From Candidatus Bathyarchaeia archaeon (lineage in GTDB: Archaea > Thermoproteota > Bathyarchaeia > Bathyarchaeales > Bathycorpusculaceae), in assembly GCA_037481775.1 (NCBI GenBank), contig JBBFKZ010000002.1, positions 32,001 to 96,000 on the forward strand: a DNA stretch of 64,000 bases, given 5' to 3'. The notes below the pieces were generated by a model. The model was not told the DNA's origin. It made no database searches and saw only the letters and a list, made by a program, of their open reading frames with translations. This document shows positions 20,345 to 29,851 of the stretch, one piece after another (positions within the stretch are counted from its first letter, which is position 1; each line of letters begins with the position of its first letter). Both the position numbers and the translations under genes were made by a program.

Positions 20345-22642
20345 TTAGAAGTTACTCTTAATTTTGAAAATTACGTATCTGTCATTTGAATAGATTACTT
20401 CTAAACGTCTGCAGCCGATAATTTTTGTGTCAAGTTTGTTTCTGTCATAAACGATAAATTTGATGTTACGTTCTTTGATGAATTCATGGTAGTCTCGGCT
20501 TCGTACTTCAAAAGGCGTAGCGAGTTTAGCTGTAAATAGACTTTTCACCTCGCTTAGCCGCATCATTTCAGGCTGGCTGTTTTTCGAAAACGTAAGAATT
20601 TGATACGTGAAAGAGGCCGTTTGGTTAACGCTGATCCTGTCAAAGTTGTACTGAACGCGCACAGCGTCTATCTGGTTGCTTGCCAAAACACCCACGTTTC
20701 CCCAATCAGGTAGCTCGCTAAAGCTCAGTGCAAAGATTACCTCGTTTTTTGCATCATAGAAACCGATGTAGTTATCTGTCAAGGTTGAGCGGGTAAAGTT
20801 CACTACTGCCCAATCATTTCCGTGAATGTACGTGGGGCGGCTCCAGGGGTTTTCCCAGCTTAATACTCCTGGAACATACGCCTTCTCGAAGGAGAATTGT
20901 AAGTCAAAGAAAGTACTCAAATACAGTGAGACATTGCTGACGCTACTTTTTAGAGGCGATACTGCCCAAGTAACATTTATTGGGTATCTGTCGTTTTGAA
21001 TTAAAATCGTTTGTTTAATGCTTATTTCATCATTGAAGTAGCGGATTAACAGCTTTTTAGTAGAAGCCGCGTCGTCAAAAATCGTTTCCCTGTTAAAATT
21101 AGACAACTGTGTTCTTTTTTCAACGCCGTCTACATTGTATGAGATGAAGTTCCCATCTGCTGCCGAGTATGAGACCATGTACCAAACATGGTTTATGGAA
21201 ACGTAGCTTTCGTCAGAAACATCACCTTTGGTCATGTCATACACCCTGATCAAAGTTAGCGGGTGCTCAACTTCGTAAGTTAAGTCTAAAACCGCCTCAG
21301 CAATTACGTTTCTTTCGACTGTAGGACTCGTCTGCGCTATAACAGTCTTGCCTGAGAACAGTTGGAACCAAAAACCGGGAACTTCTGTAACAACCACGGT
21401 TGCTTCTTCTTGAAAATTGTTCCTAAGCCAAACGCCTGCATCGTACGCTTTCAAATCAGTTGTTGAATAGTACACGCTGGCTTCCATGATTTTCCCATAG
21501 ACGACTCCTGAACGAAACAGAAAAATCAAAGATGCCAAAACAATAAGCACAAGAATTATCGCCTGCAACTGTATCTTCTTCCATCTTCTTTTGTACTTGA
21601 GATAGAAGGCTGCGACCTGATCAATTATAGCTGTACACGCAACGGCTGCTAGAATAGCCATGGGCGGCATCAAATAATAAACGAACCATTGAAAAGGTAG
21701 ATATAACCCAAACATATGCGATTGCGACAAAACAAGGGGCACAAGGAAACTTAAGAGTAAAATCAGAAAGCACGTCAAGTGCTTTTCTGCTTTTAATGTA
21801 GAGAATGCAATAAAAATGCCGACTAGCGCAATTATGAGTATGAACCCAAAATTCATCATGAAAGCGTTAAGGCTGACGTATGGAATCTGATAGACGTAAG
21901 CCTTCTGCGTTAGGAATACATGCTCAATGAGCACGTCAACGTACGCTATTGTCGCCTTGAAATAGTAAAGGAAAAACGCTAACCCGCCGCCCAGAATCAA
22001 TGCCACTAACGCTTTGAAGTATGTACCCCTAGATTTTATGAGTAAAACGAGGAGGATTGGTGGAAGGATTAAGGCGATTACAAACGTGGTCAACTGATGG
22101 GACAAAACTAACGAAAAGCCTGCTAAGAAGGTAATTACAACATGTGTGAAATCTTTTGCTGAAGGCAAATATAAGAGTAGCAGGAGCATGAAAGCTAATC
22201 CAAGTATGGTTGTGTAGCCGCCCCACAGGTTGATTTCATACATTGGAACACACATTAAAAGTAAAATTGCGGCGGCAACCCCTGTTTTTTTGCTGAAAAA
22301 TTTGACGCCAATTAAATAAACAGATAACACCAGTAGCCAGTCGATAATTACGGCAGCCGCCTTAACCAAAAAGATCATCTGCTCAATGCTGCTTGCACCA
22401 GTAAAAGAAATGAACGCCGCAAGCATGATCGAGTAGAGTGGCGGCGCCCAACCCAGGTTTTCTAAGGGTATCTTGCCAGTTCGTAGAAATATCTGGGCCT
22501 TTTCTAAATGGACAGCAGGATCATTTCCTAGAACCACGCCGTTCATTGATATGAGCGCATAAAAAAGCACCAAAATAAATATTGAGAAAGCCATCCCGAA
22601 AATCGCTTCGAAAAATTTTTGGTTTTCAAGTTTCTGCGCCAA
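20345..22642 (-). CDS. GT-C-like multi-pass membrane glycosyltransferase
   Basis: GNDPAVH loop after TM1, about 12 TM, WGGY, extracellular domain with GVWLRNN...GFWF; paralog of the next gene. Confidence 0.65.
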   Translation of the reverse strand: MAQKLENQKFFEAIFGMAFSIFILVLFYALISMNGVVLGNDPAVHLEKAQIFLRTGKIPLENLGWAPPLYSIMLAAFISFTGASSIEQMIFLVKAAAVIIDWLLVLSVYLIGVKFFSKKTGVAAAILLLMCVPMYEINLWGGYTTILGLAFMLLLLLYLPSAKDFTHVVITFLAGFSLVLSHQLTTFVIALILPPILLVLLIKSRGTYFKALVALILGGGLAFFLYYFKATIAYVDVLIEHVFLTQKAYVYQIPYVSLNAFMMNFGFILIIALVGIFIAFSTLKAEKHLTCFLILLLSFLVPLVLSQSHMFGLYLPFQWFVYYLMPPMAILAAVACTAIIDQVAAFYLKYKRRWKKIQLQAIILVLIVLASLIFLFRSGVVYGKIMEASVYYSTTDLKAYDAGVWLRNNFQEEATVVVTEVPGFWFQLFSGKTVIAQTSPTVERNVIAEAVLDLTYEVEHPLTLIRVYDMTKGDVSDESYVSINHVWYMVSYSAADGNFISYNVDGVEKRTQLSNFNRETIFDDAASTKKLLIRYFNDEISIKQTILIQNDRYPINVTWAVSPLKSSVSNVSLYLSTFFDLQFSFEKAYVPGVLSWENPWSRPTYIHGNDWAVVNFTRSTLTDNYIGFYDAKNEVIFALSFSELPDWGNVGVLASNQIDAVRVQYNFDRISVNQTASFTYQILTFSKNSQPEMMRLSEVKSLFTAKLATPFEVRSRDYHEFIKERNIKFIVYDRNKLDTKIIGCRRLEVIYSNDRYVIFKIKSNF

Positions 22643-22668
22643 GACTGCAGTTGCCTCCTCTCTTGGGT

Positions 22669-25026
22669 TTAAGATCGTTTAACCCCAAATATTGCTACCT
22701 CATCGTTAATAAACGCGAGGTTAAACATGGGATCCTTTGCGAATTTTGGGATTAATTCCGTATCTCGACAGGCAACATAGGAAATAGCCCAGTCTTTTAT
22801 TGCTTTCTTGTAATCAAATACAAAGATGCCGTACTCTTTCTCCTCTTGATGTGGTTTAAGCAGCTTGCCTTCTTGAAGCGATTCAAGATTACTCAAGACT
22901 ATGTCCGTCATGCTCTTTTTTGTGTTTTCTGGGTTTTTATACGTGCTTGGGTTGTCTGTAACCGAAAAAGCGCTTGCTAGAAGCTGAATCTGCGCTTTAG
23001 ATTTACCTTTCAAGTTGTATTCTAATTCGAGTATGCATGGATTTTCATTGTTGACCACTTTGAGGTTTAATTCTGATTCATCGAAAATCAATTGCGCCAA
23101 AGCTTTCACGCCCTCATCTAACAAACCGACTGTTTTATTTTGGAGTGTAACTATTACCTTGCCTTTACTGTGCACTGTGAACGTAAGCCAGTCCAAACAA
23201 ACGTCATCAAGTGTACTCTCTAAAGTAACGGTCATGTTAACAAACTGTGCTCCTTTATAAACTGTTGTTAACTGCGTGTAATTGAAAAAGTCATTGCCCT
23301 TTTTCACGGTGATAGTGGCGTGCATTTGCTCGGCGTCGTTTTCCACCAGCATTTCTTTTACTGAAAGCTGAATTAAGCTTAAAGACTGCACTTCTTCGCC
23401 AATGCGGTATTTGATTTCTGTTGCGCTGTTATTGAAGTGCATGAAAGGATAGGGGAAATAGGTCCAGTTTAGCTTAGCCAGAAACATCGGGTTATGTCTT
23501 CCAATGTAGCCGCCGTCTTCTCGAACCTGAATTAGTCCATTATCGATTAGGTAATCTGTGTCAAGCAGGTTTTTCGCTATCTTTGCAGGTTCAAGCTCGC
23601 GGGCAAGCGTCAAATACTGCGGATCAACAGCGCTTAAGGTTGGGCGTTCTGCGAAACCTGAAAACCACCAACCATAGAGCGCATCGGAGACAAACACTGA
23701 ACCTGCAGGGGTATTCTGCCTAGCCCATTCTATTGCTTCATAGCCTTTGTCATTCATTACTTGGTAGAAGCTTTGCACTGTTACCCCTTGAATGGGAGTT
23801 ACGAAGAGTGGTACGCATAAAAACGAGAACAGCAACAAGCCGAGAACAAAGCCAGTGTAGAGGTTTTTACGCGACAAGCGCCGCATGAGTTTTGAGCTTG
23901 CCTTGCTTACGCTCTTCGTCGTTGGTGCGTTTTTGGTTAGGGATAAGTACGTGTCTATTATGCGAGCAAAGAAGGCTGCGCCATGATCAATTCCAAGGCC
24001 AATCAAGATTATAATTGGCAATATGATGAAGTATAAGAATCGATTATAGTCTGTATACATTCCCACCAAGTATCCCTGGGTAAAAGTCATGGGCACTAAG
24101 ATCCATGAAACGAAGAGAAAGACGGGAACTGTGAAGAAATTGCCTTTGTATTTTTTAGAGAACAAGAAGAAAAAGATAACCGAGCCGAAAAGGGGAATCA
24201 CCCACTCTAGAGGAAGTACTCTTGTCGAAAGCAGTGCTTGCCGGATGTCTGATATGCCGCCTGTAAATGCTTCTCTATTGTCACTTAAATAAGCCGGTGC
24301 AACTTCAACCAGAAAAGGCGAAACAAGCACTGCCCCGAGGATAACGGGTAAAAACCATGTGAGAACCTGCCTTTTTGACATGCCAGTTTTTCTGGAAAAA
24401 ATTAAAGTAAAAATCGAAGCGACAAATGTTATGCCCAAGAACATACTTGCACTTAGGGAGTGCGATAGGAACAGCGTTCCAGATAAAAGGGAGGTTGCGG
24501 CGAGAAACGGCAGCAACGAAAATTTGTTTTTTTGCAAGAATAAGTAAAAAATTAAAGGTATGAGCATCAACGTTATGACATTAGGGTAGCCTCCCCACAG
24601 TAGCATTTCTATGTCAAACCGCGAAATTGCCACTAAAAACGCGATTATTAAGGCAGTTGATTCCATCCACACCGCTCGTGTGATTAGATACGCAACTAAT
24701 ACAATGAGTGCGGAAAAAAAGGAAACAACTAGCGAGTGGGTCAAATAATCAGGAATGCCTGTTAATAAAATTATGTAGGACACGAAGATGTGGTATCCTG
24801 GGAATGTTAGGGAAAGCCCGCCGCCCATTTGATAGTTGTTCCAGAGGAAATCTGTATTACCAGAAAGCACAATTGACTTGATGACGCTTTGGTGTAACCC
24901 GATGTCAGCGCCTGGCGGGTAAATTGCCCAGCTCATCAGCAGTATCCGATATAGAAAGGCAATTGTTAAAATAAGGAACAGCAGGCGCGTCTCACTTGCT
25001 ATTTTGTGCATTTTCAGCCTTCCCAA
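22669..25026 (-). CDS. GT-C-like multi-pass membrane glycosyltransferase
   Basis: GADIGLH, WGGYPN, AIEWARQNTP...SDALYGWW (STT3-like soluble domain). Confidence 0.65.
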   Translation of the reverse strand: MGRLKMHKIASETRLLFLILTIAFLYRILLMSWAIYPPGADIGLHQSVIKSIVLSGNTDFLWNNYQMGGGLSLTFPGYHIFVSYIILLTGIPDYLTHSLVVSFFSALIVLVAYLITRAVWMESTALIIAFLVAISRFDIEMLLWGGYPNVITLMLIPLIFYLFLQKNKFSLLPFLAATSLLSGTLFLSHSLSASMFLGITFVASIFTLIFSRKTGMSKRQVLTWFLPVILGAVLVSPFLVEVAPAYLSDNREAFTGGISDIRQALLSTRVLPLEWVIPLFGSVIFFFLFSKKYKGNFFTVPVFLFVSWILVPMTFTQGYLVGMYTDYNRFLYFIILPIIILIGLGIDHGAAFFARIIDTYLSLTKNAPTTKSVSKASSKLMRRLSRKNLYTGFVLGLLLFSFLCVPLFVTPIQGVTVQSFYQVMNDKGYEAIEWARQNTPAGSVFVSDALYGWWFSGFAERPTLSAVDPQYLTLARELEPAKIAKNLLDTDYLIDNGLIQVREDGGYIGRHNPMFLAKLNWTYFPYPFMHFNNSATEIKYRIGEEVQSLSLIQLSVKEMLVENDAEQMHATITVKKGNDFFNYTQLTTVYKGAQFVNMTVTLESTLDDVCLDWLTFTVHSKGKVIVTLQNKTVGLLDEGVKALAQLIFDESELNLKVVNNENPCILELEYNLKGKSKAQIQLLASAFSVTDNPSTYKNPENTKKSMTDIVLSNLESLQEGKLLKPHQEEKEYGIFVFDYKKAIKDWAISYVACRDTELIPKFAKDPMFNLAFINDEVAIFGVKRS

Positions 25027-25135
25027 GCATGTTTTTCTTATTTCTTGAATGGTTAATATAGATTCAGAGTTAAAGTTTAAATATGATATTCAAATATAAA
25101 AAGCGAGGGTAAAACCTGAAGGGAAGTAAGTTAAA

Positions 25136-25570
25136 ATGTCATGGCTTAAATCTATGATGGAAAAAGAGCCACCTGAACCTGAAAACCCACTTGGAACCGT
25201 TGTTATCGGCAATCTTGAACCCGACATGCATGATACCGCCAAAGAAGCGGTTAGGAAGGCATTGAAGCGCGCTGGCTTCAAAACTGTCGATGCAGGCAAA
25301 AGTGTTGCACCGCAAGTTTTTGTAGACAAAGTCAAAGAGTCCAATGCTGATATACTGGCACTTTCAATTAACACGGTGCCTGCGAAAAACAACCTTGCAA
25401 AACTGGATGAATCGCTGAAAGCTGCTGGGCTTAAAGGAAAACTGATAATTATCATGGGCGGTGCCGCGGTGAAAAAGGAAGATGCTGATGCTTTCGGAGC
25501 TTTATTCGGTAAGAATAAGGAAGAAGGCGTTGAACTAGCAAAGAAAGCAATAGCTGAAAAGAAAAAGTAA
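25136..25570 (+). CDS. Corrinoid (B12-binding) protein
   Basis: DMHDTAK (DxHxxG variant), ILALS, IMGGAAV. Confidence 0.85.
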   Translation: MSWLKSMMEKEPPEPENPLGTVVIGNLEPDMHDTAKEAVRKALKRAGFKTVDAGKSVAPQVFVDKVKESNADILALSINTVPAKNNLAKLDESLKAAGLKGKLIIIMGGAAVKKEDADAFGALFGKNKEEGVELAKKAIAEKKK

Positions 25571-25593
25571 ATTTTAGGTTCAGATGAGGCAAG

Positions 25594-26502
25594 ATGTTTA
25601 AGTTCAATACAGAACAAAAGGTATACCAAATAGGAAAAGTGCAAGTAGGCGGTCAACCAGGAGAGCTACCAACTTTCTTGATAGGCTCTATTTTCTGGCT
25701 TGGTCAGAAAATGGTGCAAGACGCGAACAGAGGAATATTTGACGCAAAAGAAGCGGAAGCGATAATCAACAAGATGGAGACATTGCGCGACTTGACTGGT
25801 GTGCCATTTGCTTTAGATGTCGTTGGAACCACCGAGGAAGCTTTTTCAAAGTATATTCCTTTCGTTGCTGACAAAACTGATGCGCCGATTATGTTGGACG
25901 CCATGAGCCCGAAGACGCGTATGGCGGGCGCGGAAATCATCAAGAATGCTGGTCTTCAAGACAGGTGCATATACAACTCATTCTACAAAGGTGTCTCCAA
26001 AGCTGAAGCGGCGAAGGTCAAGGAATGCGGGATCACTGCGTCAATCGTGCTGGCTGACAATCCAAAGGATAATAGCCTTGAAGGGAAAATGCAAGTCTTA
26101 GAAGAAGCTTTAGCCTTGGCCAAAGAGGGTGGAATCACAAAACCGTTGATTGACACTGCTATTCCCGCGTTTGAACCAGACATGGGCACTGCTGTTAGAG
26201 CGATACCAAAAATAAAGGAGAAATACGGTCATCCGACGGGATTGGGCACTGGAAACGTTGTTACCACTATGGGCTGGGTTAAGGCACATGTTCCTAAGGA
26301 ATTCCGTCTTGGCACTAGAACTGCTACCAATGCTATAATGCAGACTCTGGGTGCTAACTGGCTGATGTTCGGGCCGGCTGAGCAGTCTGACTTCGTCTTC
26401 CCCGCAGTGGCTATAGTTGACACGTATATTGCATCTGCGATGGGCGACTTGGACATTAGACCGCTACATGAGCAGCATCCGATCTACAAGATCTTTCTCT
26501 AA
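25594..26502 (+). CDS. mtrH: MtrH-family pterin methyltransferase
   Basis: VGGQPGELPTFLIGSIF, IYNS, PLIDTA, HPIYKIF. Confidence 0.85.
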   Translation: MFKFNTEQKVYQIGKVQVGGQPGELPTFLIGSIFWLGQKMVQDANRGIFDAKEAEAIINKMETLRDLTGVPFALDVVGTTEEAFSKYIPFVADKTDAPIMLDAMSPKTRMAGAEIIKNAGLQDRCIYNSFYKGVSKAEAAKVKECGITASIVLADNPKDNSLEGKMQVLEEALALAKEGGITKPLIDTAIPAFEPDMGTAVRAIPKIKEKYGHPTGLGTGNVVTTMGWVKAHVPKEFRLGTRTATNAIMQTLGANWLMFGPAEQSDFVFPAVAIVDTYIASAMGDLDIRPLHEQHPIYKIFL

Positions 26503-26556
26503 TTCTCTCTTTTTATTTTTTGAAGTTTGCTTTAAATTTGTTGAAGGATAAAAAGG

Positions 26557-26943
26557 TTGAAGGCTTCTAGTTGGCTTGGAATAGTCTTATTATATACAGC
26601 TTTGACTCTGCTTTGTGTTTACCTGGTTCCTAGTGCTTCGCCATTTTCAGTATTCACGTACGTGTTTGGTTTCATCTTTGTTGCTGTTGTTCCAGGCTAT
26701 TGTCTTGTCAGCGTTTTGTTTCAGGAAGGGAAATTGGATTTAGTTGAAAAAGCTGTTTTGTCAGTGGCCCTAAGTTTCAGTATAGTTGGAGTTTCTGGGC
26801 TATTCTTAGGCTTATCACCAATAGGGATAACGGTGCCTTCGATTATAGTTTCCCTTACTAGCATCGTTGTGATTTTGGCTTTTCTAGCCTTTCTTAGGAA
26901 AAGAAAGCTCCGAGCACAAAGTGCCGAGCCAGTAAATGCCTAA
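26557..26943 (+). CDS. DUF1616-like small membrane protein
   Basis: FVAVVPGY..V..LF, EKAVLSVALS. Confidence 0.7.
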   Translation: MKASSWLGIVLLYTALTLLCVYLVPSASPFSVFTYVFGFIFVAVVPGYCLVSVLFQEGKLDLVEKAVLSVALSFSIVGVSGLFLGLSPIGITVPSIIVSLTSIVVILAFLAFLRKRKLRAQSAEPVNA

Positions 26944-27002
26944 AGTTTGTTTGCCATTAAAGGCATAGCTGAACATTTATGTGTGTTGCTTAGGATCTGG
27001 CT

Positions 27003-28451
27003 TCATCTTTTTCCTAACAGTGTCCTTAATGTTTTTCGTGGGTTTCTCATGGCTCTTATTATCTTGTCACGAGTAAAGATGGGATTAACAAGATTGGCTT
27101 GCATGCATAGGTCGCGCAGTTCATCGGCTGAAAATTCCGGCGTCTCAATAAGCGGTTCCGCGCCAGCTAAGGCCTCATCGCTGAAGCATTCTCTTAAGAA
27201 GCCTTCTCTTTTTGCTTGCTCATAAAGTCTAGTTCCATAGACGGGTGTGGCTATGCTGAAGACGAAGCTTTCTGCGCCGAGTTGCCGAAGCTTGTAGGCG
27301 TAGTTTATGGTTTCCTGTATGTCCTTTTTCGTTTCGCCTATGAAGCCTATTACAAAGAAGCAGCCTACCTTAATTCCAACTTTTTTGCATAGGGCAACAG
27401 CTTGCTCTACGCTCTTAAGGTCAAGACCTTTTTTGATAATTTGGTCTGCGACACGTTGTACACCAGACTCTGGCGCGACTCGGATTTTCTTGCATCCAGC
27501 CTTTTTCATTTTGGTTAAGAGTTTTTCGTCTAGAGTGTCTGCTCTGACGCCGTTTGGGGTGAACCATTCAAACTTCAAGCCTTTTTTTATGATGAGGTCG
27601 CAGATGTTTTCCATCCTTTTTCTGTCAAGAGTCATGTTATCGTCGAGAAAGTCGATCTGCTTAACATTGTAGGTTTTGATGACGTGTTCTATTTCGGCAA
27701 TCACGTTTTCGGGGCTTCTGCCACGCCATTTTCTTCCCCAAACTATGTGGTGCGTGCAAAAGATGCATTCGTATGGGCAGCCGCGGCTGGTTATCAGCGC
27801 CGTCCAGGGCTTGTAGATTTCGCCTCTAAGCGGGTTTTCTTTAACGGCTTCATAATACGCTTTGATTGGGAGAAGATGTCTTGCTGGAAAAGGAAGCGCG
27901 TCCAGATTCTCCAGCAAAGGCCGCGGCGGCGTGATGACTGGTGCGCCATTTTTTTTGAACCCTATTCCTTTTATTTGTTCAAAATTTCCTGCTTCCATGT
28001 CCAGTGCGTTGATTAATTCGTATATGGTGTTTTCTGGTTCACCTATAACGATGAAATCAACATTGGGATTTGCGAGGCAGCCCTCAGGACGCGCGGAAGG
28101 ATGCTGTCCCTCCAGCACCGTGCTGATGTTACTGTTAATGCTTTTTGCGATGGCTGCGACTTCAAACGCGGTTTTGGACCAGCCTGAAAATGGAATCTCC
28201 ACTACAATCGCATCTGGCGCCCAGCGTTTGAGCCTATCTGCTATTTCTGCGTTGCTTAAGCCGACGCGGTATTTTGTTTCATCCATGTGCTGTAGGTTTC
28301 GCCAGCCTTCTGTGGGCGCATCTATTATGCACACTTCATGCTGCTTTTCCAGTATGGCTGCTATGTACGCTAAGCCTATGGGTTGAAAAACGCTTGGTTT
28401 ACCCCATGCTTTCGGCTGAATGCGCGGCGGATTAATCAGGCAAACACGCAT
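27003..28451 (-). CDS. B12-binding radical SAM protein
   Basis: LINPP, PIGLAYIAA, TSRGCPYECIFC, DDN, PESG. Confidence 0.9.
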   Translation of the reverse strand: MRVCLINPPRIQPKAWGKPSVFQPIGLAYIAAILEKQHEVCIIDAPTEGWRNLQHMDETKYRVGLSNAEIADRLKRWAPDAIVVEIPFSGWSKTAFEVAAIAKSINSNISTVLEGQHPSARPEGCLANPNVDFIVIGEPENTIYELINALDMEAGNFEQIKGIGFKKNGAPVITPPRPLLENLDALPFPARHLLPIKAYYEAVKENPLRGEIYKPWTALITSRGCPYECIFCTHHIVWGRKWRGRSPENVIAEIEHVIKTYNVKQIDFLDDNMTLDRKRMENICDLIIKKGLKFEWFTPNGVRADTLDEKLLTKMKKAGCKKIRVAPESGVQRVADQIIKKGLDLKSVEQAVALCKKVGIKVGCFFVIGFIGETKKDIQETINYAYKLRQLGAESFVFSIATPVYGTRLYEQAKREGFLRECFSDEALAGAEPLIETPEFSADELRDLCMQANLVNPIFTRDKIIRAMRNPRKTLRTLLGKR

Positions 28452-28617
28452 AATGTGTACCTGCGTTCTGCAGTTTATTTTTTGTTGAACGCTGATGGCT
28501 CATGAGAATTTGGCGTTGCGGAGAAAACGTGCTGGCCATGGTGCACTGCATCCCTTTTTTGATGGAATTATTTGAGAACGTGCGATTAATAGGTTTTGCA
28601 GCTACGCCAGCCTGGAG

Positions 28618-29604
28618 TTAGTAGGGAAAAAAGTACATTCTCGTGAGCAAAATTATGGGTAAGCTTAAGAGTAGGCATAACAGCAGCGCGCCGTTCCTGA
28701 GTTTCAGTGCTTTTAGTATCTTGTCCGGGGTAAGCGGTTCGATTTGATCGCCGAGAATGTATTGCCCTGGCTTTTCCAGTTGCACGCGTAAGGCTCCTGC
28801 CATGGCTGCCATTGGCCAGCCGTGGTTTCTGCTGGGCGTTTTGGCGTGGTCTCGGCGGGCGATTTTCCATGCGGTTTTGTAGTCTTCTCCGATTATGGCG
28901 GCGGCTATCACGATAAGTACTGCGGTTAAGCGTGCTGGAACATAGTTGACTACCGTGTCGAGGTTTGCGCTGAACCAGCCTGTGTGGATGTGTTCGCTGT
29001 CTTTGAAGCCGACCATGCCATCGAGGGTGTTGACTGCTTTGAAGGCGATTGCGCCTGAAACGCCAAAGAACGAGTATGCAAGTATCGGTGAGATTTTGAA
29101 GTCGATTAGGTTTTCCGCCATGGATTCAATAACTGCGGAGCTGATTTGCGAGCCTGTTAGGTTTGTGGAGTCTCGCCGTGAAAAGTGCGAGTATTTCTTG
29201 GCTTCATTTAAGTCGTTTGCCGCGATGGCTGCGGTTGCCGCTTTTGCCCAGTCGGTTTCAAGCTTTATGCAAATCGTTAGCTTCAAGAGTATAATGGCAA
29301 ATGCTGCGTAGATTATTACGCCGAAAAAGACGTAGGCGGCCCATAATCCGAGGAAAATAGGGAGCGTTGAAGCTGCAATCACAGTTAACGCTAGCAGAGC
29401 ACCCTTTAGTTTGGCTACTTTGGGTTTTGCATCCTTAAAATGCGGCTCCAGCTTCTTGATAAGTTTGCCCATAAGCACGGCTGGATGTAGTTTGAAAGTA
29501 GTTTTCTCCGGGTAATTTGGCGATGGATCACCGATCAACAAGTCTAATGTCATCGCCAATAGGAGGACGGAAACAGCTACTGCCACAGCGATCATGCAAA
29601 CCAC
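28618..29604 (-). CDS. cbiB: Adenosylcobinamide-phosphate synthase CbiB/CobD
   Basis: DLLIGDP, HPAV..G, ESMAEN, KAVNTLDGMVG, PARL, SRNHGWPMAAMAGAL. Confidence 0.9.
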   Translation of the reverse strand: MVCMIAVAVAVSVLLLAMTLDLLIGDPSPNYPEKTTFKLHPAVLMGKLIKKLEPHFKDAKPKVAKLKGALLALTVIAASTLPIFLGLWAAYVFFGVIIYAAFAIILLKLTICIKLETDWAKAATAAIAANDLNEAKKYSHFSRRDSTNLTGSQISSAVIESMAENLIDFKISPILAYSFFGVSGAIAFKAVNTLDGMVGFKDSEHIHTGWFSANLDTVVNYVPARLTAVLIVIAAAIIGEDYKTAWKIARRDHAKTPSRNHGWPMAAMAGALRVQLEKPGQYILGDQIEPLTPDKILKALKLRNGALLLCLLLSLPIILLTRMYFFPY

Positions 29605-29697
29605 GAATGCCAGGATGGCTAAACTTCTGAGGAGTGAACAATTTATCTGTATCGATTGTCACGTGATTTCCCTTTTTAATGGGGAAGCTCAAGATGT

Positions 29698-29755
29698 TGC
29701 CGTGATAGACCCCTCTATAGGTTTCTGCAATGAATGGCTAATAGCCGCCAAATAT
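29698..29755 (-). repeat. Intergenic element copy 1 (58 bp)
   Basis: 54 of 58 positions match 49737..49793 on the + strand. Confidence 0.85.
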
Positions 29756-29851
29756 TCGTTTCCCGTTTAAATTTATGCCATGCCTTCCGTATTTCACAGA
29801 TTTATCTTATAATACCCGCAGCGGATATCTGAACTCTGATGCAATGCTTTT

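Noticed and set aside
29610-29700. Canonical cobalamin riboswitch upstream of cbiB
   Set aside because: AGGGAA...GUGACAAUC...ACAG partly resembles the core, but the CCCG/ACUG and B12-box elements are not evident; cannot be called without a covariance-model search
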